Shown here piece by piece: positions 9,552 to 17,542 of a stretch of 64,000 nucleotides of DNA. The DNA comes from Thermoanaerobaculia bacterium (GTDB lineage Bacteria > Acidobacteriota > Thermoanaerobaculia > UBA5066 > Gp7-AA6). Location of the stretch: positions 3,304 to 67,303 of the forward strand of contig DATFQY010000222.1 of NCBI GenBank assembly GCA_035263845.1, in the 5' to 3' direction. Under the pieces are notes generated by a model. It was not told the origin of the DNA, ran no database searches, and was given only the letters and a program-made list of their open reading frames with translations. Every line of letters begins with the position of its first letter. Position 1 is the first letter of the stretch. A program made the translations under genes and the position numbers.

Positions 9552-9725
9552 AACAGGACCTCGAAGGGTCCCGGCGCCGAGTATATGACTCCCGGATGGG
9601 GATTCCAAGCTGACTTTTTGAAAGGGGGCTGCCAGGCCAACCGGATTCTCTCCCAACGCTTTACCGTCTCCTCGTTCGAGGTTGAAAAATGCCCGATCGG
9701 GACTCGAATTCCCGGCGCTCGGCAC

Positions 9726-10625
9726 TCAGCCCCGCCGGAGGAATCCCTTCATGATCTGTCCCGCGATCGAGGGATTTTCCTTGAGACGCCGAAGCGAATA
9801 GGCGTGCCACGACTTCCCGAAGGGAACATAGACGCGCAGGCGGTGGCCCTCGGCCACGAGCCGCCGCCGAAGGCCGACGGCGACGCCGAGGAGCATCTGG
9901 AATTCGTAGGCCTCGCGAGGAAGCCCGAGCCTCCGGATCGTCGCAAGCGAGCGCGCGACGAGGACCTCATCGTGCGTCGCGATCCCGACGTAGCATCCGG
10001 CCGCGAACAGGTCCTCGACGACGGCCATGAAGTTGTCCTGGATCTCTTCGCGCCCCTTGAAGGCGATCTCCGGCGATTCGACGTAGATGCCCTTGCAGAC
10101 CCGGACGTTCGGCTTCAGCGAAGCGAGCCGCGACACGTCGGCGCGGCTGCGGCGAAGGTAGGCCTGGAGAACGAGCCCGGTTCCCGGCGTCAGCCTGCGC
10201 GACTCCTCATAGATGCGGATCGTTTCCTCAGTGACGGAGGAATCCTCCATGTCGATCCGCACGAAAACGCCCCGTCCCTGAGCGGCGTCGAGGACCCTGC
10301 GGAATTGCCGCCGGCAACGGGCGGGATCGAGCTTCAAGCCGAACGCCGTCAGCTTGACGGAGAGGTTCGAGTCGAGGCCGTTCTCGAGGACGCCTTCGAG
10401 GGCCTCGAGGTACTCGGAAACCGTCTGGTCGGTTTCGGAGAAGTCGGTCACGTCCTCGCCGAGGACGTCGAGCGTCGCCATGCACCCTTCCGCGTTCAAG
10501 CCGCGCACCGCGCGGACCGCGTCCTGGAGGGTCTCTCCCGCGACATAGCGCGAGGCGACCATTCGCACGACCGGCAGCGGCACGAGCGGCAGCGTCCGGA
10601 CGATCAGCGTGTTCAGCGCGTTCAT
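9726..10625 (-). CDS. Proline dehydrogenase (proline oxidase, PutA-type catalytic domain only)
   Basis: The 299 aa product carries proline dehydrogenase family motifs (e.g. VRIDMEDSS...LQAYLRRS...VCKGIY). Its ATG overlaps the ComF stop as ATGA. Confidence 0.8.
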   Translation of the reverse strand: MNALNTLIVRTLPLVPLPVVRMVASRYVAGETLQDAVRAVRGLNAEGCMATLDVLGEDVTDFSETDQTVSEYLEALEGVLENGLDSNLSVKLTAFGLKLDPARCRRQFRRVLDAAQGRGVFVRIDMEDSSVTEETIRIYEESRRLTPGTGLVLQAYLRRSRADVSRLASLKPNVRVCKGIYVESPEIAFKGREEIQDNFMAVVEDLFAAGCYVGIATHDEVLVARSLATIRRLGLPREAYEFQMLLGVAVGLRRRLVAEGHRLRVYVPFGKSWHAYSLRRLKENPSIAGQIMKGFLRRG

Positions 10626-11353
10626 CGCAGCAGGAGGTCGTCGCGCGAAGCGCGCGCGAAGCACCACACGTCCACCGTCTCCGCTCCCGCACGCCGCAGC
10701 GCGCGAGCGCACTCGCGCGCCGTAGCGCCCGACGTCGCGACGTCGTCCACGAGAAGGACACGGCGCGGTGCTCCCGGCGCCGCGCGGAAGGCCTCGCGGA
10801 CGTTGCCCTGTCGCTCCGACAGCGGAAGGCCGCTCTGCCTGGCCGTCGAGCGGAGTTTGCGGAGGCGGCGGCGGTCGAAGGGAAGGCCCAGCCGATTCGC
10901 GACCGCGTCCGCGAGCAACTCCGCCGCGTGGTCGGAGCTTCTCCGCGCGCGGGCGGTCGCCGGCACGGCGGCGATCTCCTCCACGCGCGGCGGAAGGACC
11001 AGGCGCTCCGTCATCACCTCCGCCAGGCGCGGCGCCAGGAAGTCGGCGCCGCCGAACTTCACCGCGATCAGGATCTCGCGGGCGATTCCGCGATACGGAG
11101 CGGCCCCCGCGAGCGTTCTGTAGGGAGGAGGAGAGAGGATGCATCGACCGCAACGCTTCGCCGCTCCCTCGCGGCCCGGGACGCCCGGAGAGCCCAGTGG
11201 CTCGTCGCACACGCCGCATCGGATCGCGGAGGGCCTCTCGAGGGCCGTCCAGCAGGCCTCGCAGACGCCTCCGCGAAAAAACCGTTCGACCGAACTGGTG
11301 TGGCAGCCGAGGCAGCGGGACGGAAAGAAAAAGCCGGCGGCAGATCGGAGCAA
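10622..11353 (-). CDS. ComF-family protein (phosphoribosyltransferase domain with an N-terminal Cys4 zinc finger)
   Basis: It has N-terminal CxxC...CxxC pairs (CLGCH...CEAC...CGVC) and a C-terminal PRTase motif (VLLVDDVATSGAT). Confidence 0.8.
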   Translation of the reverse strand: MLRSAAGFFFPSRCLGCHTSSVERFFRGGVCEACWTALERPSAIRCGVCDEPLGSPGVPGREGAAKRCGRCILSPPPYRTLAGAAPYRGIAREILIAVKFGGADFLAPRLAEVMTERLVLPPRVEEIAAVPATARARRSSDHAAELLADAVANRLGLPFDRRRLRKLRSTARQSGLPLSERQGNVREAFRAAPGAPRRVLLVDDVATSGATARECARALRRAGAETVDVWCFARASRDDLLLR

Positions 11354-11442
11354 CGAACTCAGATCTGTCTCCGCGAATCGAGCCCGGCGTCCGTAAACAT
11401 CGGCGTCGGATTGTAAGGGATAGACTGCGTTTGGAGGTGTCT

Positions 11443-12039
11443 GTGGTTCTTTTCAAGCGAACGTTTTTCCTCGCGGTCGCCGCTCTTCTCCTGGCCGCGG
11501 GCGCTCGCGCGCAGACATGGGGCGTCGGCGTGAACATCGGCGCGGTCGCCGACATCGAGCACCATTTCCGTTTGGACGAGTTCAAGCCGAAGGACGTCAA
11601 CGGGTACATCGAGTTCGCCCTCGAGCCGGACGTCATCCTGCGCGCGACCTACGGAGAGATGCGGATGAAGGGGGAGAACGCGGGCCAGACCTTCACGAAC
11701 CCGGACGGGTCCACCGTGGGACCGCTTCCCGATCTGACTCAGGACGTCAAGTACACGATGGTGGACGTTTCGTACGAATTCTCCGAGGGCTTCTTCAAGT
11801 CAGGATTCTTCGTGGGAATCGGCGGCTACAAGATTGAACCGCGACCCGTGGAGCCGGAGTTCGCGAACTACCGCGACAATCGCGAGACCGCATTCGGGTG
11901 GCACGCGGGAGCGGACGGCCAGTTCCAGCTGTTCGTCAAGGGCCTTTACGTCACGCTGAGGCTGACGGTCCACGGGATTCTCTCGACCCAGGGACGCTAT
12001 CCGCTCGTTGCTGGCGGAGGGTTGACGTACCGGTTTTAG
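11443..12039 (+). CDS. Small outer-membrane beta-barrel protein (OmpA/OmpW-like porin-family barrel)
   Basis: It has a GTG start after GGAGG and the signal peptide VVLFKRTFFLAVAALLLAAGARAQ. Beta-strands of alternating hydrophobicity follow, and it ends in a C-terminal ...GGGLTYRF. The upstream part of the 423 aa ORF in the track is an antisense shadow of comF. Confidence 0.7.
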   Translation: MVLFKRTFFLAVAALLLAAGARAQTWGVGVNIGAVADIEHHFRLDEFKPKDVNGYIEFALEPDVILRATYGEMRMKGENAGQTFTNPDGSTVGPLPDLTQDVKYTMVDVSYEFSEGFFKSGFFVGIGGYKIEPRPVEPEFANYRDNRETAFGWHAGADGQFQLFVKGLYVTLRLTVHGILSTQGRYPLVAGGGLTYRF

Positions 12040-12048
12040 CATCCCGCC

Positions 12049-12064
12049 TGGCACATCGATTGCA
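12049..12064 (+). promoter_or_regulatory. Exact match to the sigma-54 (RpoN) -24/-12 consensus TGGCAC-N5-TTGCA (TGGCACatcgaTTGCA)
   Basis: It was read directly from the sequence. The GG and GC spacing is canonical. The only thing downstream on the plus strand is a 31-codon ORF, MNHIWPTPAKKILFTDRASYRPVRLVFFLFS, starting at 12085. Confidence 0.5.
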
Positions 12065-12348
12065 AGACCTGGCGGACAAAGCTATGAATCACATCTGGCC
12101 AACTCCCGCCAAAAAAATCCTCTTTACCGATCGGGCGTCCTACCGCCCGGTCCGGCTCGTCTTCTTCCTCTTTTCCTAGGCTCCCGCCAAACAGGCCATT
12201 AGGCCGACCCCTCCCGGCGAAAGCCGGGCGGTGGCCCTCCGTCTACCGTCGCTCCGCGGCTGCGCATCGACCGCAGCGCGTAGCACGACATTCGCCGCGC
12301 AGACGCATCCGCACCTTAGAAGCGGTGCTCCTCGGGCCCGGGCGTTGA

Positions 12349-12822
12349 CTACTTCTTTTCTTCGGGGACGGGGAGGGGAAGGAGGGTGGATTCCTTCTTC
12401 GAGGAAAGCGAAATCTGCGTTCGGATGTTCGCGACGCCCTTGATCGTCATGATGCGGTGCTGGAGAAAATCGGCAAGGGACGCGGGCGAACCCGCCTTGA
12501 CCTTCAATCGGTAAGCGAACTCGCCGGCGAGGTAATGGCACTCCTGCACGCCGAGCAGCTTCTCCAGGTCGTCCACGAACCCCCTCTCGAATCGGGGATG
12601 CTCGAGCGCAACGTCCACGTACGCGGTCAGGGGGAACCCCATCTTCTCGTGGTCGAGAAGGGCGACGAAGCCGCGGATCATCCCGTGCCGCTCCATCTTC
12701 TTGATGCGCTCGTTGACGGAGGGCGTGGTCAGGCCGACGGCCCCGGCGATTTTCGCCTGGGACAGCTTCCCGTTGCGCTGCAGCATGTCCAGGATCCGGA
12801 GATCGATGTCGTCGATGCTCAT
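12349..12822 (-). CDS. Lrp/AsnC-family transcriptional regulator
   Basis: It has an HTH_AsnC N-terminus (DDIDLRILDMLQRNGKLSQAKIAGAVGLTTPSVNERIKKME) and a RAM/AsnC_trans C-terminal domain. The start at 12822 (MSIDD...) was chosen over the longer track ORF. Confidence 0.85.
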   Translation of the reverse strand: MSIDDIDLRILDMLQRNGKLSQAKIAGAVGLTTPSVNERIKKMERHGMIRGFVALLDHEKMGFPLTAYVDVALEHPRFERGFVDDLEKLLGVQECHYLAGEFAYRLKVKAGSPASLADFLQHRIMTIKGVANIRTQISLSSKKESTLLPLPVPEEKK

Positions 12823-12931
12823 CTCCGCGGCCCTTAAAAGATTAGAAGCTGGTTGCTTTGCGACTAATAATATTAGACCGCCCGCCGCTGTCAATAGCGT
12901 ATTTTCGGCACCGCTATAATCCCGGAAACTG

Positions 12932-13948
12932 ATGAAAAAGCGGGATTACTACGAGGTCCTGGGGGTCGCGAAGGGGGCCTCCGAGGCCGAGATCAAGAAG
13001 TCCTACCGACGCCTCGCCCGGAAGCTCCACCCCGACGTGAATCCCGGAGACAAGTCGGCCCAGAAGAAGTTCCAGGAGGTCCAGGAGGCCTACGACGTCC
13101 TGCGCGACGCGGAGAAGCGCCGCGCCTACGACCGGTTCGGGCACGCCGGCCGGCCCGGTCCGGGATTCGAGGGCACCGGGACCGGGCCTGGCGGATTCCC
13201 GGGGGCGGGCGGCGGCTTCGAGGGGTCCCCGTTCGAGGGTTTCCACTTCGAGAGCGGCGACCTAGGCGATCTCTTCGGCAACCTCTTCGGCGGACGCGCC
13301 CGGGCCGCCCGCGGCCCGCAGAAAGGGGAGGACGCGACCGGCACGATCGAGATCCCCTTCCGCGAGGCGGTCCTTGGAGGGGCGACGTCGCTGTCGCTTC
13401 GCCGCGAGAAGGAATGCCCCGAGTGCGGCGGCACGGGACGCAAAGGGCGCGAGGTCTGCCCGACGTGCCGCGGCCGCGGGCGCGTCGCCGAGGTCGAGAA
13501 CGTGCGCATCAAGATTCCCGAGGGCACCGAGGACGGCGGCGTCATCCGAGTTCCGGGCAAGGGCGGGCCCGGCGTCAGCGGCGGGCCGGTGGGCGATCTC
13601 TTCGTGACCGTTCGGGTCACGGCGCACCCGTACTTCGAGCGCCGCGGCGACGACATCCACGGCGTCGTGCCGGTCACGGTCAAGGAGGCTTACGCGGGAG
13701 CAGAAATCGACGTGCCCACCATCCGCGGCACGCTCCGCGCGAAGATCCCGCCCGGCACGCGCGGCCAGAAGCTTCGGCTGCGCGGGCAGGGTGTGCGCAA
13801 CCCGCGCACCGGGCAGACGGGGGACCACATCTACACGATCCGGGTGGTCGTGCCGCGGGCGGTCACGCCGGCGGGAAGCGACGCGGCGACGCTGCTGGAT
13901 TCGCTCTACGACGAGCCGGTGAGGAAGGACCTGCCGCGCGGACTCTGA
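12932..13948 (+). CDS. dnaJ: DnaJ-family co-chaperone (J domain, G/F-rich linker, one CxxCxGxG zinc-finger pair, C-terminal substrate domain)
   Basis: It contains DYYEVLGV...HPD (the J domain), a Gly-rich region, and CPECGGTG and CPTCRGRG motifs. A TATAAT box lies 11 nt upstream of the ATG with no Shine-Dalgarno sequence. Confidence 0.85.
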   Translation: MKKRDYYEVLGVAKGASEAEIKKSYRRLARKLHPDVNPGDKSAQKKFQEVQEAYDVLRDAEKRRAYDRFGHAGRPGPGFEGTGTGPGGFPGAGGGFEGSPFEGFHFESGDLGDLFGNLFGGRARAARGPQKGEDATGTIEIPFREAVLGGATSLSLRREKECPECGGTGRKGREVCPTCRGRGRVAEVENVRIKIPEGTEDGGVIRVPGKGGPGVSGGPVGDLFVTVRVTAHPYFERRGDDIHGVVPVTVKEAYAGAEIDVPTIRGTLRAKIPPGTRGQKLRLRGQGVRNPRTGQTGDHIYTIRVVVPRAVTPAGSDAATLLDSLYDEPVRKDLPRGL

Positions 13949-13956
13949 TCCCCCTT

Positions 13957-14073
13957 GTCATCCTGAGCGAGGCCGAAGGCCAGCGAAGCATCTACACGAC
14001 TGAGCCGCGTGAAGACTTTTCTCGCGGCTTCTCCACCAAGATCCTTTGGTCGCTTTGCGTACCCCAGGATGAC
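13957..14073. repeat. MITE/REP-like intergenic repeat, copy 1, with terminal inverted repeats GTCATCCTGAG...CCCAGGATGAC
   Basis: It is about 80% identical to a second copy at 40083-40215. Both share the core CGAGCGAGGCCGAAGGCCAGCGAAG...CTCCACCAAGATCCTT. The termini are inverted repeats of each other. Confidence 0.7.
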
Positions 14074-14129
14074 TAGGGGCGCTGTCTCTCTGATTGACGA
14101 ACCGCGCGGCGCGTAGCCGCGCCGAGCTG

Positions 14130-15218
14130 TCAATTGCGGGTGGCCATCTCCTGGACCAGGCGCATCGCGCGGTCCGCGGTCATGGTGTCGGAGAGCTGGA
14201 TCGTGCGCACGCTCGACCACGCCTTGCCGTCGAAGCGGGTGTAGCCGATCGCCGTGCCCGTGTTCCACGCCAGCGTCGGCCGGTAGGCGAAGCCGATCAG
14301 CGTCTTCACGTCGCCGATGACGATCGGGCCGACGTCGCCGATGGGATTGTCCGAGGCCACGCCGACGACCGGGATCCGGCGCCGCATCCACGTCGCGTTG
14401 TCCGGACCGGGACGGCCGAGTTCGGTAGGGAAGGAAACGCGGATGACGTAGTGGCGTCCCGCGGAGAGGTCCGCGAAGCTCGCCAGCAGCGACCCGCTCA
14501 TGCCGTCGACCTGCAGGGCCGGGAACATGTACGCTCCCGTCGAGCGCCCGGCCGTCGGAGTCGACCCGCCGCTCCCGATCAACGCCGGCAGGTCGTACAC
14601 CTGGACGTCGCCCGGGTCCTGGTCGTCGTCGAGGAAGATCGGCGCGTAGCGGGCCTGCGCGTACTGCGCCTCCTCCCACCAGATCACGGAAAGCAGCGTC
14701 CGGGTCTTCGTGATCGCGTTTCCGCTCGGGTCCACCATGTTGACCGAGAGGTGCGAGAGGAGCATCTGCGGGTTGTACGCGTGGGCCATCCCGAGATTGG
14801 GAAGGAGGTTGCCCACCGACCAGGTGCCGTTGCGGTAGACGCCGAGCCGCAGGACGTTCAGGACCGTCAGCTCCTCGTTCCAGAGGAGGACGAGAGAGTC
14901 CGACGGCTCGTCGTACGCGATGTCGAGGTTGTGCTTGACGTCGGCGTTGACCGTGCCCGGAATGATGCCGGCCTGGATCTGCCCGTCCTGGCTGCGCGAG
15001 GTCCACTCGATCAGCTTGTCCGATGGCCCGAGGTTTCCGCCGACGACGCCTAGGTCCGTCGCGGAGCCCGAGCGGATCACGTAGAGCGTGCCGTCCGGCG
15101 AGAGGATCGACTTCTCCTCGTAGGCCGGCGCCGGCGCGTTCGTTTCGGCCGCGAGCGGACCGGCCGCGAGCGCGAGGAGCGCGGCGGCGGCGAGCGGGCG
15201 GAGGAAGCGCGCGATCAT
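14130..15218 (-). CDS. Secreted hypothetical protein
   Basis: It has the signal peptide MIARFLRPLAAAALLALAAGPLAAE. It is one long ORF with no recognisable domain. It is co-oriented with the downstream TPR and XRE genes. Confidence 0.7.
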   Translation of the reverse strand: MIARFLRPLAAAALLALAAGPLAAETNAPAPAYEEKSILSPDGTLYVIRSGSATDLGVVGGNLGPSDKLIEWTSRSQDGQIQAGIIPGTVNADVKHNLDIAYDEPSDSLVLLWNEELTVLNVLRLGVYRNGTWSVGNLLPNLGMAHAYNPQMLLSHLSVNMVDPSGNAITKTRTLLSVIWWEEAQYAQARYAPIFLDDDQDPGDVQVYDLPALIGSGGSTPTAGRSTGAYMFPALQVDGMSGSLLASFADLSAGRHYVIRVSFPTELGRPGPDNATWMRRRIPVVGVASDNPIGDVGPIVIGDVKTLIGFAYRPTLAWNTGTAIGYTRFDGKAWSSVRTIQLSDTMTADRAMRLVQEMATRN

Positions 15219-15222
15219 CCGG

Positions 15223-16125
15223 TCAGGCCCTCAGGTTGATGACTTCCATCAGCGAGATCTGCGAGAGGTAGTGCTTCAGGGCCGGGAAGTCGGGGTAGTA
15301 GCTGGCGAGCGCCTCGTACTGGTCCTCCGCGTCGGCGGTCCGTCCCATCTCCGAGTACGTCTCGGCCAGCAGGTAGTGCGAGTTCTTGATGACGTCCTCG
15401 CGGCCGAACTCCTTGCCCAGTCCGAGCGCGCGGATTCCCCAGTTCTCCGCCTCGTCGAGCTTCTCGAGCTTGACGTGCGCGAAGCAGAGGTCGAGCGCGG
15501 GGTAGTCCATCGCCTGACGCGCGCCGAGGCTGTCGAGCACGGAGAGCGAGCGGTGCACGAGCGGAAGGCCGATCTCGACGCGGTCGAGCGCGATGTGGCA
15601 GTAGCCGAGGTTGTCGGTCGCGACGGCGGCCTGCCGCGAGAGGCTCTCGCCTTGCGACTCGAGGCGGTCCACCGCTTCCTGGAAGAGGTCGCGCGCCGCC
15701 TCGAAGCGGCTCTCGTGGAGCTCGAGGTTGGCGAGGAGGTTCAGCGACGTTCCCGTCAACTCCTCATTGCCGATGTCGCGGCTCTTGGCGAGAGCGGTCT
15801 GCGCGTAGAAGAGCGCCCGGCCGTACTCGTTCCGGGCCTCGTGGGCGTTGGCGGAGACGTAGGCCGCGAGCGCGCCGTTGTAGCTCGTCGGATTGCGAAG
15901 CAGGATCTCCTTCAGTCGCGAGAGATCGAAGTCCCGCCGGTCCATCTCGATCAACGTCGTGGCCCGGTTGCAGGTGAAGAGGTCCTCGAGGTCGCGGTCC
16001 TTCCACGAGCGGGCCAGCGACAGGCCGTCGTCGTACAGCGTCAGGGCGCGCTCGTAGTCGCCCGCCCAGATCGCGTCTCGCGCGGTCCGGCGCAGAAACT
16101 CCAAGTGTTTGCGTCGCTCGCTCAT
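15223..16125 (-). CDS. TPR-repeat protein
   Basis: It has repeated TPR-like helical motifs (ALTLYDDGLSLA..., AYVSANAHEARNEYGRALFYAQTALAKS, AETYSEMGRTADAEDQYEALAS). Confidence 0.75.
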   Translation of the reverse strand: MSERRKHLEFLRRTARDAIWAGDYERALTLYDDGLSLARSWKDRDLEDLFTCNRATTLIEMDRRDFDLSRLKEILLRNPTSYNGALAAYVSANAHEARNEYGRALFYAQTALAKSRDIGNEELTGTSLNLLANLELHESRFEAARDLFQEAVDRLESQGESLSRQAAVATDNLGYCHIALDRVEIGLPLVHRSLSVLDSLGARQAMDYPALDLCFAHVKLEKLDEAENWGIRALGLGKEFGREDVIKNSHYLLAETYSEMGRTADAEDQYEALASYYPDFPALKHYLSQISLMEVINLRA

Positions 16126-16168
16126 CGAAGGAATCGCCCTGGCGATTCTAGAGTTTCGCGACGCGAAC

Positions 16169-16561
16169 TCAAGATGTTTCTTCCTCTTTCGGCGGGGGCG
16201 GGGCCGGCGGAGCGGCCTTCTCTTCGTGCTGCTGGAGCTTCTTGAAGCGGACGAAATCGCGCACTTCGCGCTGCGACTCGGCGTTGAGCTCCTGGAAGTC
16301 CGAGACGAGCTCGCGGGCGCCGGAGGCCTCGGGCGCCTCGGTCTCGCCGAAGAATTCGCCCATCTTCAAATCGAAGACCTGGAGGATCTTGAAGAGGGTG
16401 TCGAGGCCGACTTTGTATTCGCCCTGCTCCATCCGGGAAAGATCGGACTGGGCGATCCCGATCCTCTCGGAGAGCTCGGTCTGGGTCAGGTGCCGGCCTT
16501 TGCGCAGTTCCCGGATGCGCGAGCCGACCAGGTTGATTTTGCGGGGCGAGTGGGAAGACAT
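16169..16561 (-). CDS. XRE-family (Cro/CI-type HTH) transcriptional regulator
   Basis: It carries an HTH_3 motif (LRKGRHLTQTELSERIGIAQSDLSRMEQGE). Confidence 0.8.
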   Translation of the reverse strand: MSSHSPRKINLVGSRIRELRKGRHLTQTELSERIGIAQSDLSRMEQGEYKVGLDTLFKILQVFDLKMGEFFGETEAPEASGARELVSDFQELNAESQREVRDFVRFKKLQQHEEKAAPPAPPPPKEEETS

Positions 16562-16604
16562 GGTGTCGCGTCGTTGGGCGTTTTTGGTTCTCGGGAAATG
16601 CTAT

Positions 16605-16631
16605 TGCATCATAAACTGCCGTAACTATAAT
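16605..16631 (+). promoter_or_regulatory. Sigma-70-type promoter candidate TTGCAT-N15-TATAAT upstream of wzm. The -10 box lies only 10 nt before the ATG, suggesting a leaderless transcript
   Basis: It was read from the sequence. There is no Shine-Dalgarno sequence between the -10 box and the ATG at 16642. Confidence 0.4.
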
Positions 16632-16641
16632 CCCACCGCCG

Positions 16642-17430
16642 ATGTCAAGCAACAGGAAAAGGCTCTCCGCCCGCCTTTTTCTCGTCAAAGAGATGGTTCT
16701 GCGGGATATCAGGGCCCGGTACGCCGGGTCCCGGCTGGGCATCTTTTGGGCCTTTGCCCAGCCCCTCCTCTGGATCCTCCTTTATGCCTGGGTCTTCGGC
16801 GTCGTCCTCCGGATCCCTGTGGAAAAGGGCTTCTCGACCTTCCCGGAGTTCCTGCTGGCGGGCTTGCTGCCCTGGATGGCGATCCAGGAGGGGATCTCCC
16901 GGGCCTCCACGGTCCTGGCCGACAACGCTGCCATGGTCAAGAAGACCGTCTTCCCGGTCGAGACGCTGGTCCTCTCGGTCGTCTTTGCCGCCGTTGTCAA
17001 CCAGGTCATCGCCTTCGTCATCTACGCCGCCTACCTGGGCTGGCTCGGGCACCTCTCGCTCCCCTGGCTGCTGTTGACCATCCCTGCCCTGGCCGTCCAG
17101 ACCCTGATGACCTTCGGGATCGCCTGCTTCGCCGCGACGGTGACGACTCTCGTCCGGGACGTGGCTCACGGCGTCAACATCGCGCTGACGGTCGTCTTTT
17201 ACGCCACGCCGATCGTCTACCCGCCCTCGATGATCCCGTCGAATTTCCGCTGGGTCCTTTCGGTCAACCCGGTGGCGCACTTAGCGGAGTGGTACCGGCG
17301 GGCCTTCACGCTCCACACCGCTCCCGACGCTTCCTCCGTCCTCTACCTGACGGTGTTTTCCGGCGTCGCCGCAGTCCTCGCCGCGGCCCTCTTCCTGCGC
17401 GCGCGTCCTCACTTCGCGGACCTTCTCTAA
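16642..17430 (+). CDS. wzm: ABC-2-type polysaccharide/O-antigen export permease (Wzm/KpsM/TagG family)
   Basis: It has six hydrophobic segments and an ABC2_membrane signature. The N-terminus, KRLSARLFLVKEMVLRDIRARYAGSRLGIFWAFAQPLL, is characteristic. Confidence 0.9.
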   Translation: MSSNRKRLSARLFLVKEMVLRDIRARYAGSRLGIFWAFAQPLLWILLYAWVFGVVLRIPVEKGFSTFPEFLLAGLLPWMAIQEGISRASTVLADNAAMVKKTVFPVETLVLSVVFAAVVNQVIAFVIYAAYLGWLGHLSLPWLLLTIPALAVQTLMTFGIACFAATVTTLVRDVAHGVNIALTVVFYATPIVYPPSMIPSNFRWVLSVNPVAHLAEWYRRAFTLHTAPDASSVLYLTVFSGVAAVLAAALFLRARPHFADLL

Positions 17431-17542
17431 GGCAGTGTCCGTGTTGAGACGCCGAGAAAAGGGGAAGAATTTCGCGGTCGGGCCGTTTTCAGTGAGCGGT
17501 TTCCTCGGGTTTCCCCACCCCACCCATGAAAGAGGAGGTTCT

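Noticed and set aside
9608-9630. Sigma-54-like motif TGGCAG-N5-TTTCA on the minus strand upstream of the outer-membrane protein gene
   Set aside because: The invariant -12 GC is replaced by TC, so it is not convincing.
10768-11442. N-terminal 225 codons of the 423 aa plus-strand ORF upstream of the outer-membrane barrel gene
   Set aside because: This region is antisense to comF and Arg/Pro-rich. The real gene begins at the GTG at 11443, with a Shine-Dalgarno site and a signal peptide.
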